In this document: one piece after another, positions 43,772 to 53,015 of the stretch | Numbering within the stretch: the first letter of the stretch is position 1 | Layout: each line of letters begins with the position of its first letter | Origin: Clostridia bacterium | GTDB taxonomy: Bacteria > Bacillota > Clostridia > Christensenellales > Aristaeellaceae | DNA length: 62,667 nucleotides | Direction of reading: 5' to 3' | Assembly (NCBI GenBank): GCA_045637485.1 | Contig: JAZTZK010000354.1 | Span: 1 to 62,667 of the forward strand | Notes under the pieces: generated by a model | The model's input: only the letters and a program-made list of their open reading frames with translations | The model's database searches: none | What the model was told of the DNA's origin: nothing | Position numbers and translations under genes: made by a program

Positions 43772-45270
43772 TGACACAGAAGAAGATAACGAATAAAACG
43801 CTTGTTTTGACAGCGGTCATAGGCAGCTTATTGATTATGGCCATGGTGACTGCCAATACAATATGGGCCTCAAAGCGCAGCAACGACGCTACAAACGAGG
43901 CGGTTTCCGCGGTCAGCTCCTTTTACCTTGAGGCAATGGCAGACCGCCGGGCGAAGACCATCACAAACCTGATCAACAACAACTTTGAAGAAATGGAAAA
44001 AGCCGTTGCTTTCATTGAAGAAGAACAGATCAATTCACAGGAAGAATTGAGGAATACAATCGGGAAGATCAAATCATTGCTGGGACTCAGTCGCTTTGCA
44101 CTGGTAGACAAAGACAATATCGTGTATACGCAATACACGACTTATACCGGAAGAACCCGACATGTATTCTTATCCGAAGATACAATAAAGAACCGGACCA
44201 TCAGCACAGTTTCTCTCTATGGCTCTTCCAAACAGCTGTGTCTGGCCATCCCGACACCTGACTTCTCCATTATGGGAAAGCCCTTTAAGGTCTGTTTTGT
44301 TCAATTGGATATCAAGGACATCGTTGATCTTCTGGCATTTGACGATCAGGGAAGAACGCATTTTGCCCTGTACTCCAAAAACGGAGGGAATCTGTCCGGC
44401 ACCGAACTGGGGCCTGTTATCTCGGATCACAATCTTTTTGATGCGATTAAGGGTATTGTTTCGGAAGACGTCTGGAGGGAGAATCACGGGAATTTTGAGA
44501 ACGAGGCGGAGGGAAGCTTGACGTTTGCCTCCGGTGAAGCAGAAGAAACACTGTGCTATGTCCCGATTCAGGGTACGGGCTGGGAGATGGCAGTCCTGAT
44601 TCGCGAGAGCGTCATTCAGGATCAAATCCGGTTCATCAGTGAAAAAAACCTTGCAACAAGCAGAAGACAGGTTATCTTCACATTGGTGTCCGTGCTGTTG
44701 CTTGCCTCAGTTCTCTTGGTACAGATCAGGAAAATTTCAAAAGATAAGCTCGAAGAAGAGAAGGAAACCAGCAGAGTTTTTCGCAACATGGCGAACACAG
44801 ATTCCCTGACTGGCGTGAGGAATAAGCACGCCTACTCCGAAAGTGAAATAGCCATCAATCACAAAATACAGGCCGGAGAAATTGAAAAGCTGGCCGTTGT
44901 CGTGGGTGACATCAATGGGCTGAAATATGTCAATGATACGCAGGGACATGCCGCCGGAGATCAGTTGATCAAGGACGCTTGCGCCCTGATCTGCGAGTAT
45001 TTCACTCATGGGGCGGTATTCAGGGTTGGCGGTGACGAATTTGTCATTGTGCTTCAGGGAAAAGGCTACGATACGATGCCCGAGGTAATAAATGAGTTGA
45101 ATCGTAAAGTCGAAGAAAATATAAAGGATAACGGTGTGGTCATTTCGATCGGCTACTCTGTGCTGAATCAGGAGGATCAACAGCTGCGGGATGTGTTTGA
45201 AAGAGCAGACCAGATGATGTATGAACGAAAGAAAGAGCTGAAGTCTATGGGCGCGCTGACAAGCCGGTAA
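43771..45270 (+). CDS. membrane sensor diguanylate cyclase (extracytoplasmic Cache-like domain + GGDEF)
   Basis: An N-terminal TM segment, a ~270-aa extracytoplasmic region, a second TM segment, then GGDEF (DSLTGVRNKHAY.., VVGDINGLKYVND, RVGGDEFVIVL). The start shares one nucleotide with the stop of the binding-protein gene (TAATG). Confidence 0.85.
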   Translation: MTQKKITNKTLVLTAVIGSLLIMAMVTANTIWASKRSNDATNEAVSAVSSFYLEAMADRRAKTITNLINNNFEEMEKAVAFIEEEQINSQEELRNTIGKIKSLLGLSRFALVDKDNIVYTQYTTYTGRTRHVFLSEDTIKNRTISTVSLYGSSKQLCLAIPTPDFSIMGKPFKVCFVQLDIKDIVDLLAFDDQGRTHFALYSKNGGNLSGTELGPVISDHNLFDAIKGIVSEDVWRENHGNFENEAEGSLTFASGEAEETLCYVPIQGTGWEMAVLIRESVIQDQIRFISEKNLATSRRQVIFTLVSVLLLASVLLVQIRKISKDKLEEEKETSRVFRNMANTDSLTGVRNKHAYSESEIAINHKIQAGEIEKLAVVVGDINGLKYVNDTQGHAAGDQLIKDACALICEYFTHGAVFRVGGDEFVIVLQGKGYDTMPEVINELNRKVEENIKDNGVVISIGYSVLNQEDQQLRDVFERADQMMYERKKELKSMGALTSR

Positions 45271-45333
45271 TTTAGGGATATATTTTGCGTCACTTTCCTT
45301 TATTCCCTCCAGAGTCTGCCGACCCGTTCTCGC

Positions 45334-45356
45334 CAAACAGTCCGCCGGACTGTTTG
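45334..45356 (+). terminator. hairpin downstream of the diguanylate cyclase gene
   Basis: CAAACAGTCC-GCC-GGACTGTTTG is a perfect 10-bp stem. It has no clear U-tract, so its terminator function is uncertain. Confidence 0.3.
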
Positions 45357-45473
45357 CCTGGCGTTCAAAACCAGTAAACCTGCGCAAAAGCGCCTTGAAA
45401 TTCATGTGACGCTTCTTGCGTGATATCTTACCCGCAACGGACGTCAACCACAAAGAGGTTTGCCCATTCTGCC

Positions 45474-45660
45474 GTTACGGCTCAGGGTCGACACGGTGGG
45501 ACCCCTCCGACCCCGCCTGTGGCGGGGCCACCTCCCCGACGCGAAGCTAGTCCTTTAGGACTTTCAGGGGAGGCAATCTCCAAAAGCCTCCCCTGAAAGG
45601 GGAGGTGCCGAGCGAAGCGAGGCGGAGGGGTTCCGAATAATCAGGACGCTGAGCTGTAAC
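45474..45660. mobile_element. MITE-like element C (187 bp) with perfect 8-bp target-site duplication
   Basis: Ends are GTTACGGCTCAG ... CTGAGCTGTAAC. ATTCTGCC occurs at 45466-45473 and 45661-45668. The interior has one degenerate 24-bp unit (GACGCGAAGCTAGTCCTTTAGGA) and a long hairpin (CAGGGGAGGC...GCCTCCCCTG). Confidence 0.85.
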
Positions 45661-45672
45661 ATTCTGCCGGGT

Positions 45673-46875
45673 TCATTTCTGCGGTTTATCCCTCCGGGTC
45701 TTGATTGTCGCTGCGTAACCGCTGTTGCACAGGCCCAGAACCGCGGAAAGTATGAACAGTGTCTCAATGCCGAGCGCCTTCCAGATCCACCCACCGAACA
45801 GCGCAATGAAGATCGTAATGAGGTGATTGACGGAGACGCCGGTGGAGATCGTGGCCCGGACCTCGTCGGCGCTGTCCGAGATGTCCTGCACGTAGACATT
45901 CGAAGCCATGGACGCCAGGGAGATGACCGAATCCAGTATGTAGTTCAGGCAGCACACGATGAAGGCGATATTCCTCGGGAAGATGTGATGGGCAAAGCCG
46001 TAGAAGAAGCAGACGATGACGAGGACCAGAGTGTCCGTCACCATGACGGCCTTATAGCCGACCCGGTCGATGATCTTGCCCACCAGTGGCGACGCGATAA
46101 AGCCGCAGACGGAGGATATGGCGAACAAGGTGCTGATGACCATGGCGTTCGCGCCGTAGAACAGCACCAACACATAGGGCCCGAAGGTGAAGAACACCTG
46201 CTTGCGCGCGCCGTAGAACACCTCCAGCATGTAGTACTTGGCAAACTTCCTTCTGAAATAGAACCGCCGCTTGTGCGCGTCCGGGGCGCTGTCGCCCGTC
46301 ACCCGCAGGCTGGAAATAAAGCCCAGGCCGATGATGCCCGCGCTGGCCGCGAATACGATGCGGTACAGGCCTGCCGAGGCCTTCACCAGCGCAAACGTGC
46401 CGATAATAACCAGGAAGCCGACCAGTGTGCCGACCTGCTGCGCCGCGTTTTGCAGCCCCAGCGCCTCGCCGCCGCGCCCTTCCCGGGAGTATTGCAGCGC
46501 CAGCGTGTTGCGCATGCCCAGCTGCATGTGGTCGCCCAGCGAATAGACGAAGATGCACAGGATCACCAGCGCACGGCTCGCGGGCACAACGGCCTGCGCC
46601 GCCATGCCGACCAGCATAAACAGCGCCCCCAGCCTATAAATACGCTCCGCTGAGAAAGTGTACAGCGCGGCGAGAATGAATACCAGCAGCAGTCCGGGCA
46701 GCTCCCGGAAGAACTCCGAGACGCCCTTATCAAACCCGGACATGCCCACGACTTCCGCCAGGTAGTTGTCGATGACACCCTTGTACAGCCCATAGGCAAG
46801 GCTGAAGGTCATCACCGACAGGAAATAAGCCCTGTACTTCGATTCAGGCCTGAATACCGCTGTCAACCGTTCCAT
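45673..46875 (-). CDS. MFS transporter
   Basis: 400 aa with about 12 TM segments. It overlaps the upstream GH9 gene by 13 nt. Confidence 0.8.
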   Translation of the reverse strand: MERLTAVFRPESKYRAYFLSVMTFSLAYGLYKGVIDNYLAEVVGMSGFDKGVSEFFRELPGLLLVFILAALYTFSAERIYRLGALFMLVGMAAQAVVPASRALVILCIFVYSLGDHMQLGMRNTLALQYSREGRGGEALGLQNAAQQVGTLVGFLVIIGTFALVKASAGLYRIVFAASAGIIGLGFISSLRVTGDSAPDAHKRRFYFRRKFAKYYMLEVFYGARKQVFFTFGPYVLVLFYGANAMVISTLFAISSVCGFIASPLVGKIIDRVGYKAVMVTDTLVLVIVCFFYGFAHHIFPRNIAFIVCCLNYILDSVISLASMASNVYVQDISDSADEVRATISTGVSVNHLITIFIALFGGWIWKALGIETLFILSAVLGLCNSGYAATIKTRRDKPQK

Positions 46876-49391
46876 GAGATTTCAAGCGCCTCCCCTCTCA
46901 GCAGTGACTGTACGGCGAGGACGAGGAACATGAAATTGGAGGAGCCGCCGCCCAGCACGTACTCGGTCTGCTGCCACAGGAAGGGGTATTCCAGAAGCTC
47001 GGGAAAATCCGGCCTGATCAGCGCGGTGCCGGAAATCACGCCGCCGGGAATGTAGGACCAGTCGCCCCTGTTCGCGCCGTATGCGACGGTAGCCGATTTC
47101 CCTCCCACACCCGAGGCGAAGGAAGCGGTGTTGCTGCCCGGGTGACAGCCCAGCACGAAGTGAAGCGCGTTCTCCAGCAGCCCCCGGTCAAACACCTCCG
47201 GAAAGGCCCGGTGCAGAAAATAATAGCGAAAGGCCATGGCCTGTATGCCCCAGCCCGCGCCCCAGATAAACGGCCGATAGGGTATGCCGTAGGGCGTCTC
47301 GGCGCGCTGGGCATCCATTTTCGCCTTCAGCGCGGGAAGCGCCTGTCTGACCTTCCGGGCAAAGCCATCCTCCGCCAAGGCGTCCACGACCCGCGCGGCG
47401 ATCCAGCCCGTCTGTTCGATATGGGCCGGGATATAATCCGCTTCTCTCAGGATGCAGTCCCGGTAGATATCCGCCCCGGTGGTCAGGAACAGCTCCGCCG
47501 CGGCGTGCAGCCGCGCGCAGCGGACCTTGTCGTCGCCCTCCGGCACGGCGGTATGCGCAAACACCGTCTCCGCGGCCTCCAGGCCCTGTCGTACCAGTGA
47601 ATCGTTGAAGTGCGCCAGCACCCTTGCCCCCGCGGCCAGGTGCGCGGCGGCGGTCAGCTCCCGTGTGGGATTGTCCTCGGTAAACACCCAGCGGTCGTCC
47701 CCGTCTCCGGACACGCCGTCGGTCATCGTGGAGGCATCGCCCAGGAGAACGTACTGGCGCAGGCTGTTGCAGATGATTCCCCGGTACAGCCGCCCCAGCG
47801 CGTTCCAACCGCCCACGATCGAAAGCATGCCGTGCTCGATTTGCTGGAGGATGTCGTTCTTGCCGTCGGGCTGGTGAATCTCCACGACCTTGCGCCGTTG
47901 GTCGATGGTGGTCGCGTCGTAAGCCACGCCAAAGACCTCCCGGGCCAGCGACAGGACGTACACCTCGCCCGACTGGGATTCCACCCGCAGGTCGTAATCC
48001 CCGGCGTCGTGCCAGCCGCCCACGTTCAGGCCCGGCACCACGTCGCCCGGCTTGAAGCGGCACAGCGTGGATTCGCCCTGCACATAGCCGTCGAAGTGGT
48101 TCAGGCGAATCGGCGCCATGCGGGCGTCGTCATCGTGGCACAGCCCGTGCCACACACGGTACTTCTCCTGCACCCGCATGTGGCACATCTGCACCGGCAG
48201 GAAGTATTCCAGCACCGGCTGCCAGACGCCGCGGTCGTACACGTCCCGGCTTATTCTGAACAGGCCGGACGCCGCCCCACCGCAGCACAGCCGGTACAGC
48301 CCCTCGCGGCGAACCCGCGAAAAGTCCACATGGCAATAGCGATACCGCAGGAAGCGGCCCCACTCCGACACCTCCAGCCGTTCCGCCAGCGCCTCACCCT
48401 CCGCAGTAACGACGTACAGCGCCGCCTCGCCGGGAATCTCTGCGTCCGGGTCCAGCTCCAGCACCGCGCGCTTGACCTGGTCGGGATGGTAGCCCACCTG
48501 GGAGACCTGAACGACTGCGGGCGAGCGCCAGCCCGGTATCGCGTTTGGCGTGACGCGCCAGCGCAGCGCGCCCTCGGCGCGACCGGCGGGAATGGGGCTG
48601 CTGACTACAAACCAGCCGTTGTTGTGATTCATTCGCCCGTCGTACAGGGCGAGATCGGTCTGAGGCGTCAGGCATTCCACCCTCAGCCGGGTCGAGGCGT
48701 CGTCCGGACAGATCGTCAGCACCCTGCCCCGGGCATAGGGCTCGGCGATCCAATCGTCGGCCACGATGGGGCTGTAGCCCTGCCCGAAGCCGGCCAGCCG
48801 CTCCCGGTCGGCATGCGGGTTCCGATCCTCATTCAGCCGCTGGTGCCCGGAATGGCTGAAATTGCCGGATCGGGCACGCACCGGGCCGTTGGGCTGCCGC
48901 GGAAACAGGCCGGACTGCCCGTCCAGTATCCAGGGCTTGCCGAACAGCGCGCCAGGAAACAGCTCCAGGTTGAAGCACAGCTTTCCCTCGAATGCCTCCG
49001 GTACCGGACAATCCAGATCCACGTCGATGACGGCGGAATTCCCTTCGCCGCGCACCGTCACCCGGTATTCCAGCTCTACGTCCGGATAGATCATCGGGTT
49101 CAGGCCCCGCAGACTCTTTTCCTCGTCGGGATAGCGCAGCCGGGTCACGATGGCGTTGGCGTCCGCGTCCAACCTGCGGGAAAGCTGCTTCGGCACGGGC
49201 TGCCACTGGCCGGGGGTGGGCTCAAAGCGCACGTCCCCGCAGGTTGCGATGCGCCGCCCGTGCATCAGTATGCTCACGCCGGACTGGTGCCCCTCGGGAT
49301 AGATGTCGTCAAAGGCCATCACGTCGACGCCTTCGTTGCGAAAATACCCTCGCCCGACATCCAGTCGGAGCCCATGATTACGATCATTCAT
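46863..49391 (-). CDS. glycoside hydrolase family 9 protein with N-terminal Ig-like domain (no signal peptide)
   Basis: VSQVGYHPDQVKRAVLE is CelD_N-like, and GGWHDAGDYDLRV is the GH9 DAGD motif. The C-terminal ..YIPGGVISG.. block fits the family. Confidence 0.8.
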   Translation of the reverse strand: MNDRNHGLRLDVGRGYFRNEGVDVMAFDDIYPEGHQSGVSILMHGRRIATCGDVRFEPTPGQWQPVPKQLSRRLDADANAIVTRLRYPDEEKSLRGLNPMIYPDVELEYRVTVRGEGNSAVIDVDLDCPVPEAFEGKLCFNLELFPGALFGKPWILDGQSGLFPRQPNGPVRARSGNFSHSGHQRLNEDRNPHADRERLAGFGQGYSPIVADDWIAEPYARGRVLTICPDDASTRLRVECLTPQTDLALYDGRMNHNNGWFVVSSPIPAGRAEGALRWRVTPNAIPGWRSPAVVQVSQVGYHPDQVKRAVLELDPDAEIPGEAALYVVTAEGEALAERLEVSEWGRFLRYRYCHVDFSRVRREGLYRLCCGGAASGLFRISRDVYDRGVWQPVLEYFLPVQMCHMRVQEKYRVWHGLCHDDDARMAPIRLNHFDGYVQGESTLCRFKPGDVVPGLNVGGWHDAGDYDLRVESQSGEVYVLSLAREVFGVAYDATTIDQRRKVVEIHQPDGKNDILQQIEHGMLSIVGGWNALGRLYRGIICNSLRQYVLLGDASTMTDGVSGDGDDRWVFTEDNPTRELTAAAHLAAGARVLAHFNDSLVRQGLEAAETVFAHTAVPEGDDKVRCARLHAAAELFLTTGADIYRDCILREADYIPAHIEQTGWIAARVVDALAEDGFARKVRQALPALKAKMDAQRAETPYGIPYRPFIWGAGWGIQAMAFRYYFLHRAFPEVFDRGLLENALHFVLGCHPGSNTASFASGVGGKSATVAYGANRGDWSYIPGGVISGTALIRPDFPELLEYPFLWQQTEYVLGGGSSNFMFLVLAVQSLLRGEALEISWNG

Positions 49392-49635
49392 ACCGGCATC
49401 CTCCCTCGCTTACGGCCTATTGGAAAAGCCTCGGCCGCATTGCCCATGTCTTTTGCGACATCGATCATCTCCCGCATCATCGCCCTGGCGTACCCACACC
49501 CCTGACAGCGCGGATTGACCGCGAGGATATGGACGGCGACAAGCCGATAGAAGTCCAGCAACCGGGGCAAATCGCTCATTTCACATCGTCTCAAACCGCC
49601 GTCGCCTCCTTTCGGATCATATTTGATCCAGTCAT
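49388..49635 (-). pseudogene. GNAT acetyltransferase remnant (frameshift + internal deletion)
   Basis: MIRKEATAV stops. A shifted frame reads ..MSDLPRLLDFYR then directly ..VAVHILAVNPRCQGCGYARAMMREMIDVAKDMG (GNAT motif A). Confidence 0.45.
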
Positions 49636-49647
49636 GCTGCTTTTGCG

Positions 49648-50292
49648 TTAACAGAATGCTCTGATTTCTTCCTCCAGCAGCCTGAAAACCTTGGCAACGA
49701 GGTATCCGTCGGCGATTGCGTGGTTGAGCCGGACGCTGACGGGCATCATCAGCCTGCCGTTCTCCTCCCGGTACTTGCCCCAGTTCACGATGGGCATAAA
49801 GTACAGGTAGCCGTCCGGCAGCTCGATGTTCAGAGAATCATAGGACAGCCAGGGAATGAAGGAGGCGTCGAACCAGTTTGGATGATTTGCCGCGTCCAGC
49901 ATGTATTCGCGCGTTTCCTTCGCCCGCTCGACATCGTCCAGCGCGTTTCGGTAGAACTGCGCGTAGTCGTCGACGTAGGTCGTATACACCGGCGTACAGG
50001 TCTCCGTATCCTCATGGAAGACATACTGGGTCGGATTGATCCGGTCGTAACAGATCAGTTCGCGGGTCTCCCGCAGCCAGCCCATCCTGTAATCCTCCCT
50101 GGCATTCAGGGCCCTGGACAGCAGATATAGGAAATTGATATAGAACTTCGTTCCTCTCGCACTTGAAGCCCTGATCAGCTCTGTCACATCCACCCTGGCT
50201 GTCATAGAGGTGGAACACTTGCAATCCTCCGAAAAGTGGCGGAACACGCCCTTACGGTAGTACTGATCCTGATCCACGATCCTGTAATTCAT
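49648..50292 (-). CDS. cat: type A chloramphenicol O-acetyltransferase-like protein
   Basis: MNYRIVDQDQYYRKGVFRHF.. and the C-terminal MPVSVRLNHAIADGYLVAKVF, which corresponds to the CAT catalytic-His block (HHAVCDG). I chose the ATG at 50292, 6 nt after a GGAGG. Confidence 0.8.
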   Translation of the reverse strand: MNYRIVDQDQYYRKGVFRHFSEDCKCSTSMTARVDVTELIRASSARGTKFYINFLYLLSRALNAREDYRMGWLRETRELICYDRINPTQYVFHEDTETCTPVYTTYVDDYAQFYRNALDDVERAKETREYMLDAANHPNWFDASFIPWLSYDSLNIELPDGYLYFMPIVNWGKYREENGRLMMPVSVRLNHAIADGYLVAKVFRLLEEEIRAFC

Positions 50293-50294
50293 AA

Positions 50295-51143
50295 TCATCC
50301 TCCAAACGCCAATGGCGGGTTCGCGCTGTCACGGCACAATACGCTCCATTCGCCAAATGTGTATCGGATCCCACTGCCGACCCTGTTTTCAAACGGCTCG
50401 CCCTTCGCCGAGCCCGCAAGTATCTGTTCCAAGCCCGAAATCATATTGTCGATCTGCGGAACCGTCAGCGGGACATGGCTGTAATGCCCGTTGTATATCC
50501 TTTGAACGCCCGCCCTGTCGAGCACATCCCGCGCGCGTCTGAGCGCGCCAAGGTAGATTTCCATCGGCAGGGACTCCTCCAGGAACAGCCACATGTTTTC
50601 CATAATCGAATCGCCGGCATAGCATATCCCTTCATCCCGGTCGATCAGGAGTATGCTGCCGGCAGTATGACCCGGAATCCCGATGATCTCAAGCTTTTTC
50701 CCACCCAGATCGATCACGTCTTCTTCGCAGATGTCTTCTGTCCGGGGAAAGTGAACGGCCGTGGGATCGACATCTCGTATAAACTCCCCATAGGTCTCCT
50801 TGACCCAGGGCTCGTTGAGCATGGCCGCGTATCCCGAGACAATTTCCTCATAGAGCGGCCTGTCAGCCGGATTCAGGTAGACGCGGCTTTTTCCATTGTC
50901 ATAGAACCAATGATTCCCGAGGACATGATCGCTATGACCGTGGGTGTTGACGACCGTGACCGGCAGATTTGTAAGCCCCTGCATCAGTGCTTTCAGGTCG
51001 CTCAGCCCATAGGCGGTATCGATCAGGCAGGCCCGCTCACTCCCGCATACCAGGTACATCGTCGCCTCGCGCCGCTCATAGATCTTGTATGAGCCGGGCG
51101 CGATTGCTTCGATATAGTATAATCCCCGTTTGGTCTCCGCCAT
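50295..51143 (-). CDS. MBL-fold metallo-hydrolase
   Basis: ACLIDTAYG, VVNTHGHSDHVLGN (HxHxDH) and GIPGHTAGS. The start is uncertain: ATG 51143 or GTG 51242. Confidence 0.75.
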   Translation of the reverse strand: MAETKRGLYYIEAIAPGSYKIYERREATMYLVCGSERACLIDTAYGLSDLKALMQGLTNLPVTVVNTHGHSDHVLGNHWFYDNGKSRVYLNPADRPLYEEIVSGYAAMLNEPWVKETYGEFIRDVDPTAVHFPRTEDICEEDVIDLGGKKLEIIGIPGHTAGSILLIDRDEGICYAGDSIMENMWLFLEESLPMEIYLGALRRARDVLDRAGVQRIYNGHYSHVPLTVPQIDNMISGLEQILAGSAKGEPFENRVGSGIRYTFGEWSVLCRDSANPPLAFGG

Positions 51144-51403
51144 TGACGATCCGTCCTTCCATCCAAGCGCCTCCGGAGCCGCTTCTCTGGCGTGAATCAG
51201 CGCCGTGTCGAACACCGGCAATTCCACATCCTCTTTTACCACCGGCAGATGGCAGCGAAGCCGGCATCCTATCAGGCGCGATTTGATTTCAACGGTGCTC
51301 TGCGCCCCCGCATCTATTCTTTGTCGCTCTCCCGTTCTTCTCCGTGCCTCTGGCTGCGGTACTCTCTGGCTTCAGCACTTCACGGGGTGAGGTGTTCCTA
51401 TTC

Positions 51404-52930
51404 TTAGCGTCGCTTCAGATGAGGGTTTGCGCGATAGTAATTCTCTTTGTCCTCGTACATCCGCGCGTCGGCGTCGGCCATCGCTTTTCGGATATCGCAA
51501 GCCTGATCCAGTTGGCAGTATCCGACGGCAAAGCTGACGTTTTCGAACAGCTCGGCCTTTTTCTTGATGTCTGCGATCTTCTTTCGCAGGTCGGTCTCGT
51601 CCGTCTCACGGTCCAGCGCGAGGAATTCGTCGCCGCCGACGCGATAGATCTCTCCATCGGCAAACGTGCTCTGCAGGATCATGGCGGCGTTTTTCAGCAT
51701 CAGGTCACCCGCCGCATGGCCAAGATTGTCGTTGACGTACTTCAGCCCGTTCAAATCCGCGAATACGACGCCCATATGGCAATCAGTGCATGCCTGGTTG
51801 CTTTCCAGTTCCTGCAGTCGCTCGTTCAGGGCGTTCCGGTTCATGACGCCGGTCAACAGATCGATCGTATTCAGGGCCTTGAGCTGGTCAATGAAGCGGT
51901 TGTTGGCGATTTCAGAGGCGATGAAGAACGTTGTGAGCTCCAGCGTATCCTTGATGTGCTGGGTGTTCTGCACATCGAAGTTGATGGCCATGATGTAACC
52001 GAGGAACTGGCCGCGGGGGATGAGCGGGAACAATACCAGACGCTCGACGTGGGCGTTCTGCATGGACAGATACCATTTCGGGTTCTTTTGCCGGATAAAC
52101 TCCATGTCATTCTCGTCGCGTATGACCAGGCAGTAGCTGCCTGCCATAGTGTCCTTCCAGGTCATCGCCAGGTCAAAGAAATCGTCGTCGAGATATTCCT
52201 GCATCATCGCGAGGCCTGAATCAGGTGTGTTTGCCTCGCCCAGAACGGAGCATTTTCGCTGGCTTTCATCCAGCAGGAGCACGCTGCAATAATCAGCGCC
52301 GCAGATGATACGGACGTCCTCAACCACCTCCTGCATGATCTGGTGGAAGGGCTTGTCCTCTCGCAGCCTGATGCAAGTGTTGATAACCTCTGTGGCCGTC
52401 TGCTGGGAGATATTCAGGCACATAAGGTTGTTCTCGGATTTTGGAATCAGAACCTGGGAAAACGTGCAATAGCCGATGCGCTCGTCCGGGCTCTCCAGAG
52501 GCATCATGTATACCAGAATATCAAATGGATATCGGCTCGCACGGAGGCAGTTGTGGATCGGCTCCTTCAAAACCGCACAGCGATAACAGACATCTTCAAA
52601 GTTCAGATCCTTTGGGATGTAGCGCGTGTATTCGCTGTTGGGAATGAATTCCTCCTTCTTGTCGCTGTGCATCTCCACGCCCCCGGCGGCCAGTGCCAGA
52701 GAGCCGATGTACTTTCCGTTGCCTGTGGCGATGCGAATCGTGCCATATCCTCCGCCTGCTTTTTTCTCGACGGACAGTATGCAGGTCGCGGGATCAAAGT
52801 AATCTACAAACCCTTTCAGATCCATAGCAATGCCCTCTTTTCTTAACTTCTCAAACGCTTGCGGGCTGCCCTCACTCCATGTTTCTACTGGGATTACATC
52901 TGACATTGCGCCTCCGGATGAGACGGTCAT
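51404..52930 (-). CDS. cytoplasmic GAF-domain diguanylate cyclase (GGDEF)
   Basis: The central GAF-like region is ..VRIICGADYCSVLLLDESQRKCSVLGE... The C-terminal GGDEF domain has DLLTGVMNRNAL, VFADLNGLKYVND and RVGGDEFLAL. The start codon is uncertain. Confidence 0.8.
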   Translation of the reverse strand: MTVSSGGAMSDVIPVETWSEGSPQAFEKLRKEGIAMDLKGFVDYFDPATCILSVEKKAGGGYGTIRIATGNGKYIGSLALAAGGVEMHSDKKEEFIPNSEYTRYIPKDLNFEDVCYRCAVLKEPIHNCLRASRYPFDILVYMMPLESPDERIGYCTFSQVLIPKSENNLMCLNISQQTATEVINTCIRLREDKPFHQIMQEVVEDVRIICGADYCSVLLLDESQRKCSVLGEANTPDSGLAMMQEYLDDDFFDLAMTWKDTMAGSYCLVIRDENDMEFIRQKNPKWYLSMQNAHVERLVLFPLIPRGQFLGYIMAINFDVQNTQHIKDTLELTTFFIASEIANNRFIDQLKALNTIDLLTGVMNRNALNERLQELESNQACTDCHMGVVFADLNGLKYVNDNLGHAAGDLMLKNAAMILQSTFADGEIYRVGGDEFLALDRETDETDLRKKIADIKKKAELFENVSFAVGYCQLDQACDIRKAMADADARMYEDKENYYRANPHLKRR

Positions 52931-53015
52931 GTCCGCGTCTCCATCGCCAGGCAGAACTGCCAGTTCCCCGGGGGATTTGTCCGCAATCCTGCCGGGCTCC
53001 GTACAGGCCCGGGAA

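Noticed and set aside
47610-49505. A 631-aa plus-strand ORF and several 100-290-aa ORFs overlapping the GH9 gene.
   Set aside because: These are antisense or out-of-frame artefacts of high GC. Only the minus-strand frame carries GH9 signatures (GGWHDAGDYD, the CelD_N-like start).
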